Virus record (IMG/VR): IMGVR_UViG_3300008111_000002
Span: 124,001 to 188,000 of that record
Length of the DNA: 64,000 bases
Strand: one strand, 5' to 3'
Shown here: positions 31,284 to 40,839 of the stretch, piece by piece
Layout: each line of letters starts with the position of its first letter
Numbering within the stretch: the stretch's first letter is position 1
Notes under the pieces: generated by a model
Seen by the model: the letters and a program-made list of their open reading frames with translations, nothing else
Database searches by the model: none
What the model was told of the DNA's origin: nothing
Made by a program: the position numbers and the translations under genes

Positions 31284-32873
31284 ATGAGCAAAAGTCTCGA
31301 CGGGGTCTTAATCAAAAAGGCCCACAAACCTCAGCGTTACACTCTAGAAGAAATTAAACATCTAGAAGCATGTATGGATCCTATAACTGGTCCATTATAC
31401 TTCTGTAAAACCTTCTTAAAAATTCAACATCCTGTTCGTGGTGCTATTGATTTTGTACCCTACGAATATCAAGAAAGATTAATAGACGCATATCATAATA
31501 ACAAGCAGTGTATTGCTATGCTACCCCGCCAGATGGGTAAAACAACCTGTGCCACAGGTTACTTATTATGGTATACAATGTTTGTCCCAGAAGCACAGGT
31601 ACTGATCGCTGCTCACAAGTACGAAGGTGCGCAGGACATTATGAACCGTTATCGTTATGGTTACGAAAACTTGCCAGACTTTATCCGTGCTGGTGTGTAT
31701 TCATATAATAGAAATACAATTGAATATGATAACGGTGCTCGTATACAAGCAACAACAACTACAGAAAATACCGGCCGTGGTAAATCTCTTTCGTTAATTT
31801 ACTGTGATGAGTTTGCGTTTGTACAACCTCCTGAAAAAGCTAAAGAGTTTTGGACTGCACTATCGCCAACATTGTCAACAGGCGGTAAGTGTATTATTAC
31901 ATCAACACCAAACTCAGACGAAGATCAGTTTGCGTTAATTTGGACAGAAGCTAACAAAAAGTTTGACGAATTTGGAAATGAACAAAAGCTAGGAACTAAT
32001 GGTTTTTACAGCTACTTTGCACACTGGAACGAACACCCGGATCGCGATGACGATTGGGCAAGAGTAGAACGTGCAAAAATTGGTGACGAACGTTTTCGTA
32101 GAGAATTTGATTGCGAATTCTTAATCTTTGACGAAACATTAATCAACGCAGTACGTCTTGCAGAAATGAAAGGTGTTGATCCTATTATGACAATGGGTCA
32201 AACACGTTGGTATAAAGATATTAATCCAAATGCTACCTATCTAGTTGCTCTTGATCCTAGCCTAGGAACTGGTGGTGACTATGGTGCTATACAGGTATTT
32301 GAAATGCCCAGCATGGAACAGGTAGCAGAATGGCGCCATAATTTAACTCCTATTCAGCAACAGGTTAAACACCTTAGAGAAATTTGCAAATATATTCACG
32401 ATCGTGGTGAGGAAAAAGGCGGAGTTCCGCAGCTATACTTTAGTGTTGAAAACAATACATTGGGCGAAGCTGCTCTAATAGTTATTAGAGATATTGGTGA
32501 AGAAAACTTTCATGGATTGTTTTTATCAGAACCTATGCGTAAAGGACATGTACGCAAGTTTCGCAAGGGATTTAATACCACACACAAAACAAAAATTACA
32601 GCGTGTAGTCAACTTAAACACATGATTGAAACACAGCAAATGAAGTTAAATTCTAAACCTCTAATTTCAGAGTTAAAAACGTTTGTTGCACACGGTGTAG
32701 GGTTTGGCGCTAAAACCGGAGAACACGACGATTTAGTATCTTCAACTTTATTATGTGTGCGTATGGCCGGAGTTTTAGCTGACTGGGATCCACAAATTTA
32801 CGAAAAAATGACTGAAAAAATTTCGGAAGAACAAATGCCCATGCCATTTTATATGAGCACGGGCATATTCTAA
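31284..32873 (+). CDS. gp17: terminase large subunit (T4 gp17-like)
   Basis: YEYQ adenine-binding motif, Walker A PRQMGKTT, Walker B LIYCDEFAF, ITSTPN; nuclease LDPSLGTGGD and HDDLV. Confidence 0.96.
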   Translation: MSKSLDGVLIKKAHKPQRYTLEEIKHLEACMDPITGPLYFCKTFLKIQHPVRGAIDFVPYEYQERLIDAYHNNKQCIAMLPRQMGKTTCATGYLLWYTMFVPEAQVLIAAHKYEGAQDIMNRYRYGYENLPDFIRAGVYSYNRNTIEYDNGARIQATTTTENTGRGKSLSLIYCDEFAFVQPPEKAKEFWTALSPTLSTGGKCIITSTPNSDEDQFALIWTEANKKFDEFGNEQKLGTNGFYSYFAHWNEHPDRDDDWARVERAKIGDERFRREFDCEFLIFDETLINAVRLAEMKGVDPIMTMGQTRWYKDINPNATYLVALDPSLGTGGDYGAIQVFEMPSMEQVAEWRHNLTPIQQQVKHLREICKYIHDRGEEKGGVPQLYFSVENNTLGEAALIVIRDIGEENFHGLFLSEPMRKGHVRKFRKGFNTTHKTKITACSQLKHMIETQQMKLNSKPLISELKTFVAHGVGFGAKTGEHDDLVSSTLLCVRMAGVLADWDPQIYEKMTEKISEEQMPMPFYMSTGIF

Positions 32874-32879
32874 ATTAAC

Positions 32880-32885
32880 TAAATA
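32880..32885 (+). promoter_or_regulatory. late promoter core (TAAATA)
   Basis: 4 nt before the ATG at 32890; no RBS. Confidence 0.6.
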
Positions 32886-32889
32886 TAAT

Positions 32890-35382
32890 ATGGACTCAAT
32901 GAAAAGCATTGCTACAGATTTATTTTATAAAATTCGCAGCCGTTTTACGGGTTTAAAACTTGGCGAAAGTATGGGCGCCATTACAATTAATCCCGAAGAA
33001 GCTGTGTTTTTTGATTTTGATTACATTGTTGATGAACAGGCATTAGGTCATGTCAGCATTAGTTTAGCTGAACCAAGATCAATGAAAGTATACTTTAGCA
33101 ATGGTATTACAGAAAATATGGATATCGTACAAAAAGAAAAATGGTACGATTTTTTAAGAGAATTAAGACAATTTGCAAAGCGTAGATTACTAACCTTTGA
33201 TACTAGAGACGTTGCTAAAGACAATCTAGATCAAAGAGATTTTGCATTTTTAAGTCAATACAATCAAACAAAGACCGTCGGAGAATCAATTATGAGTGAA
33301 AGCAGCCTGTATGGCTCGAGAACAATTAGCTATCAAAACTTAATGGATACAAAGTTAATCATTAAACATAGTAAACCTATTCAAGATGAGCAAGTTGGTT
33401 CGAGAGCAAGAAACATTTCAGCATTATTTGTTGAAAATCAAGACGGTGAAAGATTTAAATATCCGTTCATCCATTTAGCAGGTGCTCGTGCTATGCAACG
33501 TCATGTGGCTAACGGCGGAGTGCCGTACGATGAAATTGGCAAGCATATTGTAGGAATGAGTGAGCAAATTGCTCAACTTAAAGGCTTTGGAAACTATGTA
33601 GTAAGAAACGATCTTTTAAATTCTGATACAAATTCAATTTACGAAAAAAGCTCAGATGCATTAAACAGGCTACGCGAAGAACTTTCAAAATTATCAAAGC
33701 AAGCATTTTACGAACAATTTAAAACAAATTTTCAATTACAAGATTCATTAGAAGTGCCGCAGGATGTTATAGAAGATTTTACAGAAAAATTCACTGTCAA
33801 AAATTTCAAAGAGGACATTAAGTCTGTGTTTCCAATTTTATACAGACTTATGAAGGAAGAGTCCAAAATAGGCTATGACGACATAGTTGCTATGACAGGT
33901 AATGAAGAACTAGAAATAGAAGAAGATTTTGATTCGAATCTACTTGATCCGTTTGCCAAGTTTGAAAGTTGGGTAGCGTATCTTGGTGAAGACAGTGGAA
34001 TCTTAAGTCAAGATCCAGATGAGAAAAAAATTGCAATCAATGAACTTAACGAACTAACAACACAACATTTTCCTGCAGGCGAAAAGGGGTTAAATGCAAT
34101 TAAAAGTTTAGAAGGCATAATCGAAGATCCAAGACTATTTGCACAAATTAAAGAGGCAGCAGAACAAGACCCCGATACTTGTGTCAGGGGTCTTGTTAAA
34201 AATTGGTTAGAAGAAAATGCTCCAGATATACTAGAAGAATTAGACTTTGGCGATTTTCAAGACGAAGAGGACGTAGAAGATCCAATGCAATATGCTAACG
34301 ATGCAGCAGATGCAGATGCTGTAGCATATGGACAACGTGAAGATATTACTGCCGAAGCATCTAGTTCGGGAGATTACGAATTAGAAGTAAAAACACAAGT
34401 TTTCTTTGAAAGAGATGAAAACGGTAAGGCTGTAATTTCTAAAATTATGTTAGGAGATACAGATATTACTGCAATTACTTCTCCAGAAGAAACCGCAGAT
34501 TATATTGAAGACGGTGAAGAAAGTCCAGTAGAAGGTATCGAATATATCAATGTTGATATTGATTATAGTGTTCACGGTGAATATCTACCTGCTACTTGGG
34601 GATATCATGGCGGATCTCCTGCAGAATATCCAGAAGTTGAAATTAATGAAATCACAGCGTTTGGTAATGGCAAATCAATAAAGATTGATTTTAATGATCT
34701 TGATGGCGATAATCAAAATTATCTACAAGAAAAAGCTGAAGAAGAAGCTTCAGAAAATGGTTCCGATGACGGCGACTATGATGATTACGATCGCTACGAA
34801 TCCGTTGAAACATCAAAAGGACTAGAAGAAAAACAATCAAATGTAAACGAATTAGCACAATTCATTTATTCATTTTATGACAAAGAGTCAGGCACATTCC
34901 CTAAAGGCCCAGAAGGCGTCTGTACTATGGTAGGCAAGAAGTTTGGTGAGCAAGCAGAAAGTCTAGCAAGACGTTTAGTAGAAAAATTAGCACCGCAGCA
35001 ACAGTCATCGGTAAATCCAGATTTAGATCGAATTAAAGAATTATCAGGAATGCACCAACAAGAAGCGGCAGTTGTCGAAGGAAGTGTACATGGCTGGAAC
35101 GTCGCTAAATGGTATGCAAAAACTGGCGACCAGCTAAAACTTACCAAGTGGTTGCGTAAAGAAGCAGGGTTAGATAAAAATGCACCTGTATATTTTGACG
35201 ATGCTGATTTAGTATATATTGATCAAACTATTGTTCCTGAAGCTTTAGTTAACCCTAAGTTAAAGATGCAAGATCTTTTAGATGCAGTCAAACAAGCAGC
35301 CCAATCTCCGAACGAACAAGAATCGATCGAAAATGCTACTCCTGAATTAGAAAGTATCAAAAGATTAGCAGGCATGCGATAA
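32890..35382 (+). CDS. large acidic hypothetical protein (830 aa), probable virion/core protein
   Basis: Late promoter, strongly D/E-rich C-terminal half, duplicated LxxIKxLxGM motif. Confidence 0.6.
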   Translation: MDSMKSIATDLFYKIRSRFTGLKLGESMGAITINPEEAVFFDFDYIVDEQALGHVSISLAEPRSMKVYFSNGITENMDIVQKEKWYDFLRELRQFAKRRLLTFDTRDVAKDNLDQRDFAFLSQYNQTKTVGESIMSESSLYGSRTISYQNLMDTKLIIKHSKPIQDEQVGSRARNISALFVENQDGERFKYPFIHLAGARAMQRHVANGGVPYDEIGKHIVGMSEQIAQLKGFGNYVVRNDLLNSDTNSIYEKSSDALNRLREELSKLSKQAFYEQFKTNFQLQDSLEVPQDVIEDFTEKFTVKNFKEDIKSVFPILYRLMKEESKIGYDDIVAMTGNEELEIEEDFDSNLLDPFAKFESWVAYLGEDSGILSQDPDEKKIAINELNELTTQHFPAGEKGLNAIKSLEGIIEDPRLFAQIKEAAEQDPDTCVRGLVKNWLEENAPDILEELDFGDFQDEEDVEDPMQYANDAADADAVAYGQREDITAEASSSGDYELEVKTQVFFERDENGKAVISKIMLGDTDITAITSPEETADYIEDGEESPVEGIEYINVDIDYSVHGEYLPATWGYHGGSPAEYPEVEINEITAFGNGKSIKIDFNDLDGDNQNYLQEKAEEEASENGSDDGDYDDYDRYESVETSKGLEEKQSNVNELAQFIYSFYDKESGTFPKGPEGVCTMVGKKFGEQAESLARRLVEKLAPQQQSSVNPDLDRIKELSGMHQQEAAVVEGSVHGWNVAKWYAKTGDQLKLTKWLRKEAGLDKNAPVYFDDADLVYIDQTIVPEALVNPKLKMQDLLDAVKQAAQSPNEQESIENATPELESIKRLAGMR

Positions 35383-35400
35383 TATCATTTCCGCCTAGTT

Positions 35401-35427
35401 AAGGACTCTCCGGAGTCCTTTTCTTTT
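35401..35427 (+). terminator. rho-independent terminator
   Basis: AAGGACTC-TCCG-GAGTCCTT followed by TTCTTTT. Confidence 0.85.
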
Positions 35428-35459
35428 GGCAAAATTAATCAAAAAAACGTTGTTTTTTA

Positions 35460-35488
35460 TTGACATTGCTAAATAAAAAACGCATAAT
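35460..35488 (+). promoter_or_regulatory. sigma70-type promoter with a nested late core, upstream of gp32
   Basis: TTGACA(35460)-17 nt-CATAAT(35483), with TAAATA at 35470-35475 in the spacer. Confidence 0.7.
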
Positions 35489-35543
35489 ATATATTGTGCG
35501 TAAGGCATACATTTTAAGGCAAAATAATAGGAGGCAAATTAAA

Positions 35544-36527
35544 ATGGCATCATTAGCAGAAATTCGTGCAAAACTTCAAGAAGCACAAAACAAATCTTCA
35601 GGAAACTCCACCGGCGGTGGCGACAACGCAATTTATCCACATTGGAACATGCAAGAAGGCAAGGAAGCAGTAGTTCGCTTACTTCCAGACGGCGACAGCT
35701 CAAATACTTTCTTTTGGGTTGAACGTGCTATGATCAAATTAGAGTTCGCTGGTATCAAAGGCGAAACTGATAATAAGAAAATTCAAGTACAAGTACCTTG
35801 CGTGGAGATGTACGGTCCAAATGAAACATGCCCAATTCTTTCAGAAGTACGTGGCTGGTTTAAGGACAAGAGTCTAGAAGAAATGGGTCGTAAGTACTGG
35901 AAAAAACGTTCATACATTTTCCAAGGCTTCGTTGTTGAAGATCCACTTAAAGAAGATAGTGTACCAGAAAATCCAATCCGTAGATTTATTATTGGTCCTC
36001 AAATTTATCAAATCATCCGCAACGGCTTGATTGATCCAGAAATCAATGAAACACCTACAGATTATCTACGTGGGTTAGATTTCCGTATTGCTAAAACCAG
36101 TAAAGGCGGCTTTGCTGATTATTCTACTAGTAAGTATAGCCGTAGAGAACGTGCTCTTAGCGATGCAGAAAAAGCAGCAATTGATCAATATGGATTGTTT
36201 GATCTTAAGAGCTTCTTACCTAAGAAGCCAGGTGAGGTCGAACTCAAAGTAATCAAAGAAATGTTTGAAGCAAGTGTTAACGGCGAAGCATATGATCCAA
36301 CTCGTTGGAGTCAATATTACAAGCCAGCTGGCATTGGCAGTGCTACTGGAGATCCAGTGGCTAAAGCAGTCAAACCTGCTTCAACAGAAGAAAGCTACGA
36401 AGAAGAACCAGCACCAGTAGCACCAGTTAAGGGTGTTAACGTAGCTGATGCTGCAAATTCTTCAGCAGAAGGTAACAGTCGTGCGCAAGATATTCTTGCC
36501 ATGATTCGTAACCGTCAAAAGCAATAA
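35544..36527 (+). CDS. gp32: single-stranded DNA-binding protein (T4 gp32-like)
   Basis: Start MASLAEIRAKL (ATG 35544, GGAGG RBS). AVVRLLPD, C...CPI, YWKKRSY, G.DFRI.K..KGGFADYSTS; immediately upstream of UvsX. Confidence 0.9.
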   Translation: MASLAEIRAKLQEAQNKSSGNSTGGGDNAIYPHWNMQEGKEAVVRLLPDGDSSNTFFWVERAMIKLEFAGIKGETDNKKIQVQVPCVEMYGPNETCPILSEVRGWFKDKSLEEMGRKYWKKRSYIFQGFVVEDPLKEDSVPENPIRRFIIGPQIYQIIRNGLIDPEINETPTDYLRGLDFRIAKTSKGGFADYSTSKYSRRERALSDAEKAAIDQYGLFDLKSFLPKKPGEVELKVIKEMFEASVNGEAYDPTRWSQYYKPAGIGSATGDPVAKAVKPASTEESYEEEPAPVAPVKGVNVADAANSSAEGNSRAQDILAMIRNRQKQ

Positions 36528-36539
36528 TAATAAAATAAC

Positions 36540-36568
36540 GAGTATGGGTTCACGCCCATACTCTCTTT
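36540..36568 (+). terminator. stem-loop, probable terminator/attenuator after gp32
   Basis: GAGTATGGG-TTCACG-CCCATACTC followed by TCTTT. Confidence 0.65.
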
Positions 36569-36586
36569 GATTACAGGAAAACAATA

Positions 36587-36775
36587 ATGGCAAAAATAAA
36601 TTTATCTAAAGTTGGCGAAAGTATCACATTCTATCGCTACGATAACGGTTTTATGATTGAAATCAGTGGCCGTAACAAAAAAGAAGAGTGGAAAACTCAA
36701 AAGATTTTGTGTAATACAGAGGACGAGTTATTGGCACTAATTAAAGAAATAAACAGCTTGGAGTTAGATCAATAA
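36587..36775 (+). CDS. hypothetical protein
   Basis: 62 aa, AGGA RBS, TAATG coupling to UvsX. Confidence 0.65.
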   Translation: MAKINLSKVGESITFYRYDNGFMIEISGRNKKEEWKTQKILCNTEDELLALIKEINSLELDQ

Positions 36776-37854
36776 TGGCAAAAGCATTTGATATTTCAAA
36801 ATTTAGAAAATCAATTACTAAATCAATTGAAGGGCTTAGTATTGGTTTTAATGATCCCACAGATTGGATCTCAACAGGTAATTATGCTTTAAATTATCTA
36901 ATCAGCGGAGATTTTCATAAAGGTGTTCCGTTAGGTAAAGTTACAGTATTTGCAGGTGAAAGTGGCGCTGGCAAATCTTATATTTGTTCGGGCAATCTTA
37001 TCAAGGCAGCACAAGCACAAGGCATCTATCCAATCTTAATTGATTCAGAAAATGCTCTTGATGAAGATTGGCTAAAAGCACTTGGCGTGGATACTTCAGA
37101 AGATAAACTTCTTAAACTCAATATGGCAATGATCGATGATGTAGCAAAGACTATTACAGAATTTGTTGCAGAGTATAAAGCAATGCCAGAAGAAACTCGT
37201 CCTAAAGTTTTGTTTGTGCTTGATTCACTTGGTATGTTGCTAACTCCCACTGATGTAAATCAGTTTGAAGCAGGTGACCTTAAAGGTGACATGGGTCGTA
37301 AGCCTAAAGCACTAACAGCACTTGTTCGTAACTGTGTCAATATGTTTGGTTCATTAAACATTGGCCTTGTAGCAACTAATCACACATACGCAAGTCAAGA
37401 TATGTTTGATCCAGATGATAAAATTTCTGGTGGTCAGGGTTTTATCTATGCAAGTTCAATTGTAGTAGCAATGCGTAAATTGAAACTTAAAGAAGATGAT
37501 GACGGCAACAAGATTTCGGAAGTTCGTGGAATTCGTGCTGCCTGCAAAGTAATGAAAACACGTTACGCAAAGCCTTTTGAATCAGTACAAGTGAAAATTC
37601 CTTATGAAACAGGTATGAATCCCTATAGTGGAATGGTAGACCTGGCAGAAGAAAAAGGTCTTCTAAAGAAAGAAGGTAACAGTCTTGTATATGTAACTAG
37701 CGACGGTGAAATTATCAAACAATTCCGCAAAGCGTGGGAACGCAACGAAAACAATGGTCTTGATAAAATCATGGCAGACGTTTCTAAAAACGGCGAAAAT
37801 GTCTCATCTGAGATAATTAATAATGTTGAATTAGAAACGGAGACATCTCAATGA
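36775..37854 (+). CDS. uvsX: RecA-like recombinase UvsX
   Basis: ISTGNYALNYLISG, Walker A GESGAGKS, DSENA, VLDSLG, NHTY and SGGQG..YASS motifs. Confidence 0.95.
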   Translation: MAKAFDISKFRKSITKSIEGLSIGFNDPTDWISTGNYALNYLISGDFHKGVPLGKVTVFAGESGAGKSYICSGNLIKAAQAQGIYPILIDSENALDEDWLKALGVDTSEDKLLKLNMAMIDDVAKTITEFVAEYKAMPEETRPKVLFVLDSLGMLLTPTDVNQFEAGDLKGDMGRKPKALTALVRNCVNMFGSLNIGLVATNHTYASQDMFDPDDKISGGQGFIYASSIVVAMRKLKLKEDDDGNKISEVRGIRAACKVMKTRYAKPFESVQVKIPYETGMNPYSGMVDLAEEKGLLKKEGNSLVYVTSDGEIIKQFRKAWERNENNGLDKIMADVSKNGENVSSEIINNVELETETSQ

Positions 37855-38090
37855 AAGAAGACCTAATTGCCGATCTATGGAATGTGATTGTTGAGCACTT
37901 ACCAGAAAAATCTAAAAGTATTGTTGCAACAGATTTTGTTAATACTTTATTAGATTATGGTATTAAGGATAGTACTATTGAATCTTTATTAGGAGTAGAT
38001 CCCCATCTTGATCAAGCAATTGAATATGCAATTGACGGTGAAGAAATTGAGGATTCTGAAGAAGAAGATTATTACGAAGATGAGGATTAA
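37851..38090 (+). CDS. hypothetical acidic protein
   Basis: 79 aa, ATGA and TAATG coupling on either side. Confidence 0.65.
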   Translation: MKEDLIADLWNVIVEHLPEKSKSIVATDFVNTLLDYGIKDSTIESLLGVDPHLDQAIEYAIDGEEIEDSEEEDYYEDED

Positions 38091-38545
38091 TGAACTGGTA
38101 CGAAGCAGTTTCTAAAGATATCAGTAATATTCCGGATGCAGTGGCATTTTTTGAAAAAGAATTGTTAGATGCAAAACTGGAATGTAAAATCTTTGGCAAT
38201 ATAGAAAAAAATAGTGCTGCAATGCCCGGTGTGGTAGAGAATCGTTTTAATCAATTACAGGAAATTGAAGGTATCCTCGAATATCTTAATATTGAATTAA
38301 GACGACTAAAAAGTCAACACTTTCGTAAATATCTTGAAAGCTATCAACGATCGTTGAGCAGTAGAGACTGTGAAAAGTTTGTAGACGGTGAGGCAGACGT
38401 TGTAGACTTTGAAAAAATTATTAACGATTTTGCATTGTTACGTAACAAATGGCTTGGTATTATTAAAGCACTTGATCAAAAGCAGTGGCACTTGACTAAT
38501 ATTATTAAGTTGCGTGTAGCTGGGTTAGAGGATGCCACCTTGTGA
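38090..38545 (+). CDS. uvsY: recombination mediator UvsY
   Basis: Helical protein with ...KWLGIIKALDQKQWHLTNIIKLRVAG; located after UvsX. Confidence 0.8.
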   Translation: MNWYEAVSKDISNIPDAVAFFEKELLDAKLECKIFGNIEKNSAAMPGVVENRFNQLQEIEGILEYLNIELRRLKSQHFRKYLESYQRSLSSRDCEKFVDGEADVVDFEKIINDFALLRNKWLGIIKALDQKQWHLTNIIKLRVAGLEDATL

Positions 38546-39388
38546 ATTGTTAAACAATTCATCATGTGGAACTTCGTATGGATGGCCCTGATAAAACAGG
38601 GCTTTTTCTTGAGCACTACCGTCGTACCATTCGTCTAAATTATATTGACACCATGCAATGTGTTCATGCCACACATCTCTGTTAACTGGTTCTAACGGAT
38701 CTCTCCAATTGTCTAATGTTCTTTCACATGCTATCCAAGTTGGACACGGGCCTAGACTAATAACTTTTTTTCCGTACCAAAATGCTTCAGCAGTAATTGC
38801 AGAACTATAACTGACAACTAAATCTGCCCATTCAAAATCGCCGTCGATTCCAAACACGCCTTTAAATCCAACACTAGGATTTCCGTAATGTTGTACTCCC
38901 TTTTTACCAACCTTGTATCTAATTTTTACATTTGCACCCCGTGATTCAAAAAATGTTTTTAATTTTTCAGACCATTGTGTAATATCAAATCCTGTGAAAA
39001 TTCCTTGACTTTTTTTACTTGGAGCGATCAATACGTTTTTAATTTCTTTAACTTTCCAAGGCTGTTTTTCTAATCTAGTAGTGTTCCATCGAGAATAGGG
39101 AATTGATTTTAATTTAGTTGGTGCAAAAGAATTTATACTCACCCTGGCTGCTACTCTATGTTTTGAAACCCAAGATCCAAGATAAGGACGATTAATTGCT
39201 ATATAGGGATTTTTTGCCGTCATCCATGGCCCAATAAATCCTATAGGATTAGCGGGCACTATTAATGGTATTCCTGGATCAGCAGTTGTTATATCATGTA
39301 TATGAATTAATCTGCCGGTAAAACGTTCCCAACCTTTAATAAAAGGTTCGTCAAATTCATTAACGAGTATTTGATATTTTAATGCCAT
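38525..39388 (-). CDS. putative GT-B glycosyltransferase (capsule-biosynthesis/KpsS-like), paralogue 1
   Basis: Start MALKYQ (ATG 39388). VLIAPS, VVSYSSAITAEAFWYG and RDVWHEHIAWCQYNLDEW.DG blocks are shared with three paralogues. Confidence 0.55.
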   Translation of the reverse strand: MALKYQILVNEFDEPFIKGWERFTGRLIHIHDITTADPGIPLIVPANPIGFIGPWMTAKNPYIAINRPYLGSWVSKHRVAARVSINSFAPTKLKSIPYSRWNTTRLEKQPWKVKEIKNVLIAPSKKSQGIFTGFDITQWSEKLKTFFESRGANVKIRYKVGKKGVQHYGNPSVGFKGVFGIDGDFEWADLVVSYSSAITAEAFWYGKKVISLGPCPTWIACERTLDNWRDPLEPVNRDVWHEHIAWCQYNLDEWYDGSAQEKALFYQGHPYEVPHDELFNNSQGGIL

Positions 39389-39405
39389 TTTTGTCCGCTC
39401 TTTAA

Positions 39406-39433
39406 TATTTACCATTAACTGCTCTGATAAATA
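39406..39433. promoter_or_regulatory. divergent late promoters
   Basis: TATTTA 39406-39411 (minus) and TAAATA 39428-39433 (plus, 5 nt before the ATG at 39439). Confidence 0.65.
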
Positions 39434-39438
39434 TCAGC

Positions 39439-40131
39439 ATGAAAAACATTGTTTTAATTACTGGTGGTTTTGATCCAATACACTCCGGACACATATCATA
39501 TATCAACGCGGCAAGAGAGCTCGGCGATTCGTTAATTGTTGGAGTTAATTCTGACGAATGGCTACGTCGAAAGAAAGGGCAGAAGTTTATGCCTTGGGAA
39601 GAACGTGCAAGCATTGTAGCTAACTTATACAGTGTTAGTCGAGTGATAAATTTTGACGATAGCGATAATAGTGCTAAAGATGCTATCCGAAAAGTTAGAG
39701 CAATACATCCTAATGCTAATATTATCTTCGCCAACGGCGGAGATCGAACCAAAGAAAATATTCCAGAAATGGATCTACTTAAAGAAATGTTACACCTAGA
39801 ATTTGTATTTGGTGTCGGTGGAGTAGATAAAAAAAATTCTAGCAGTTGGATTTTACAAGAATGGAAAGCTCCCAAAACTGAACGCCCTTGGGGTTATTAT
39901 CGTGTACTACACGAAAATGGCAAGGAAGTTAAAGTTAAAGAATTAACTGTGGAACCAGGACAATGCCTTAGTATGCAACGTCATCAAAACAGAGCAGAAC
40001 ATTGGTTTATTGCAGAAGGTACTGCAGAAATCTACACAATTAATAGAAGCACAGATCAAGAATTAGTTGGAATTTTTCATAAACATCAAAGTTTACATAT
40101 TAAAAAAGACGAATGGCATCAAGGACTGTAA
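39439..40131 (+). CDS. cytidylyltransferase-like (TagD/RfaE family) domain fused to a truncated phosphomannose-isomerase-type cupin
   Basis: TGGFDPIHSGH, VGVNSDEWL.RKKG, FANGGDR and NSSS, then ERPWG.Y, LSMQRH..RAEHW. The cupin stops at WHQ, and its expected DIERK end lies in another frame. Confidence 0.85.
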   Translation: MKNIVLITGGFDPIHSGHISYINAARELGDSLIVGVNSDEWLRRKKGQKFMPWEERASIVANLYSVSRVINFDDSDNSAKDAIRKVRAIHPNANIIFANGGDRTKENIPEMDLLKEMLHLEFVFGVGGVDKKNSSSWILQEWKAPKTERPWGYYRVLHENGKEVKVKELTVEPGQCLSMQRHQNRAEHWFIAEGTAEIYTINRSTDQELVGIFHKHQSLHIKKDEWHQGL

Positions 40132-40152
40132 CGAAAGTGATATAGAAAGAAA

Positions 40153-40839
40153 ATGAAAGATATAATTCCAGTTTTTATTGGTTACGATCCAAGAGAAGCA
40201 ATCGCATATCATACATGTGTTAATAGTATTATTCGTAATTCGTCAAAGCCTGTAAGTATTGTTCCGGTGGCATTAAATTTATTTAAAGATTATTCTGAAA
40301 CACATACTGATGGTAGTAATCATTTTATCTATACTAGATTTTTAGTTCCCTGGTTAATGGGTTGGGCTGGCCATGCAATATTCATCGATGGTGACATGAT
40401 TGTACGTGGTGACATTGCCGAATTATGGGAAATGAGACAAATGTCCTACGATGTAATGGTTGTTAAACACGATTACAAAACAAAAATGCCTGTAAAATAT
40501 TTAGGAGCAAAAAATGAAGACTATCCTCGAAAAAATTGGTCTAGTGTTATTCTGTGGAATTGTAATTCTTTTCCTAACCGGAAACTTACTCCCGAGTTTG
40601 TCCAACAATCCACCGGCAGTTTCCTCCACCGCTTCTCGTGGTTAGATGACGAACGTATAGGAGAATTACCTAAAGAGTGGAATTGGTTACCTGACGAATA
40701 CGGTCCAAATCCAGATGCAAAGTTATTGCATTATACGTTAGGAACACCCTGCTTTCATGAGTTTGCTGGTACGCCAATGGGCAATGAATGGCATAAAGAA
40801 CGAATTCTAACTGAATACTGCCAACAAAGAGATATATGA
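40153..40839 (+). CDS. GT-A glycosyltransferase (GT8-like)
   Basis: VFIGYDPRE, F.YTRFLVP, FIDGDM, YPRKNWSSV, LPKEWNWL and LHYTLGTP motifs. Confidence 0.85.
   Translation: MKDIIPVFIGYDPREAIAYHTCVNSIIRNSSKPVSIVPVALNLFKDYSETHTDGSNHFIYTRFLVPWLMGWAGHAIFIDGDMIVRGDIAELWEMRQMSYDVMVVKHDYKTKMPVKYLGAKNEDYPRKNWSSVILWNCNSFPNRKLTPEFVQQSTGSFLHRFSWLDDERIGELPKEWNWLPDEYGPNPDAKLLHYTLGTPCFHEFAGTPMGNEWHKERILTEYCQQRDI

Noticed and set aside
31284-32873. Intron or intein in terminase (also considered for UvsX, UvsW and gp41)
   Set aside because: The ORFs are continuous, of normal length, with normally spaced motifs.
35460-35543. Longer ORF-track starts (also 21651, 18993, 30547, 39415, 47757, 48951 and 51561)
   Set aside because: The extensions run through promoters or neighbouring genes. 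Downstream ATGs have an RBS, translational coupling or promoter support.
39402-39875. 157-aa antisense ORF over the cytidylyltransferase
   Set aside because: It almost entirely overlaps a well-supported gene on the other strand and has no motifs.
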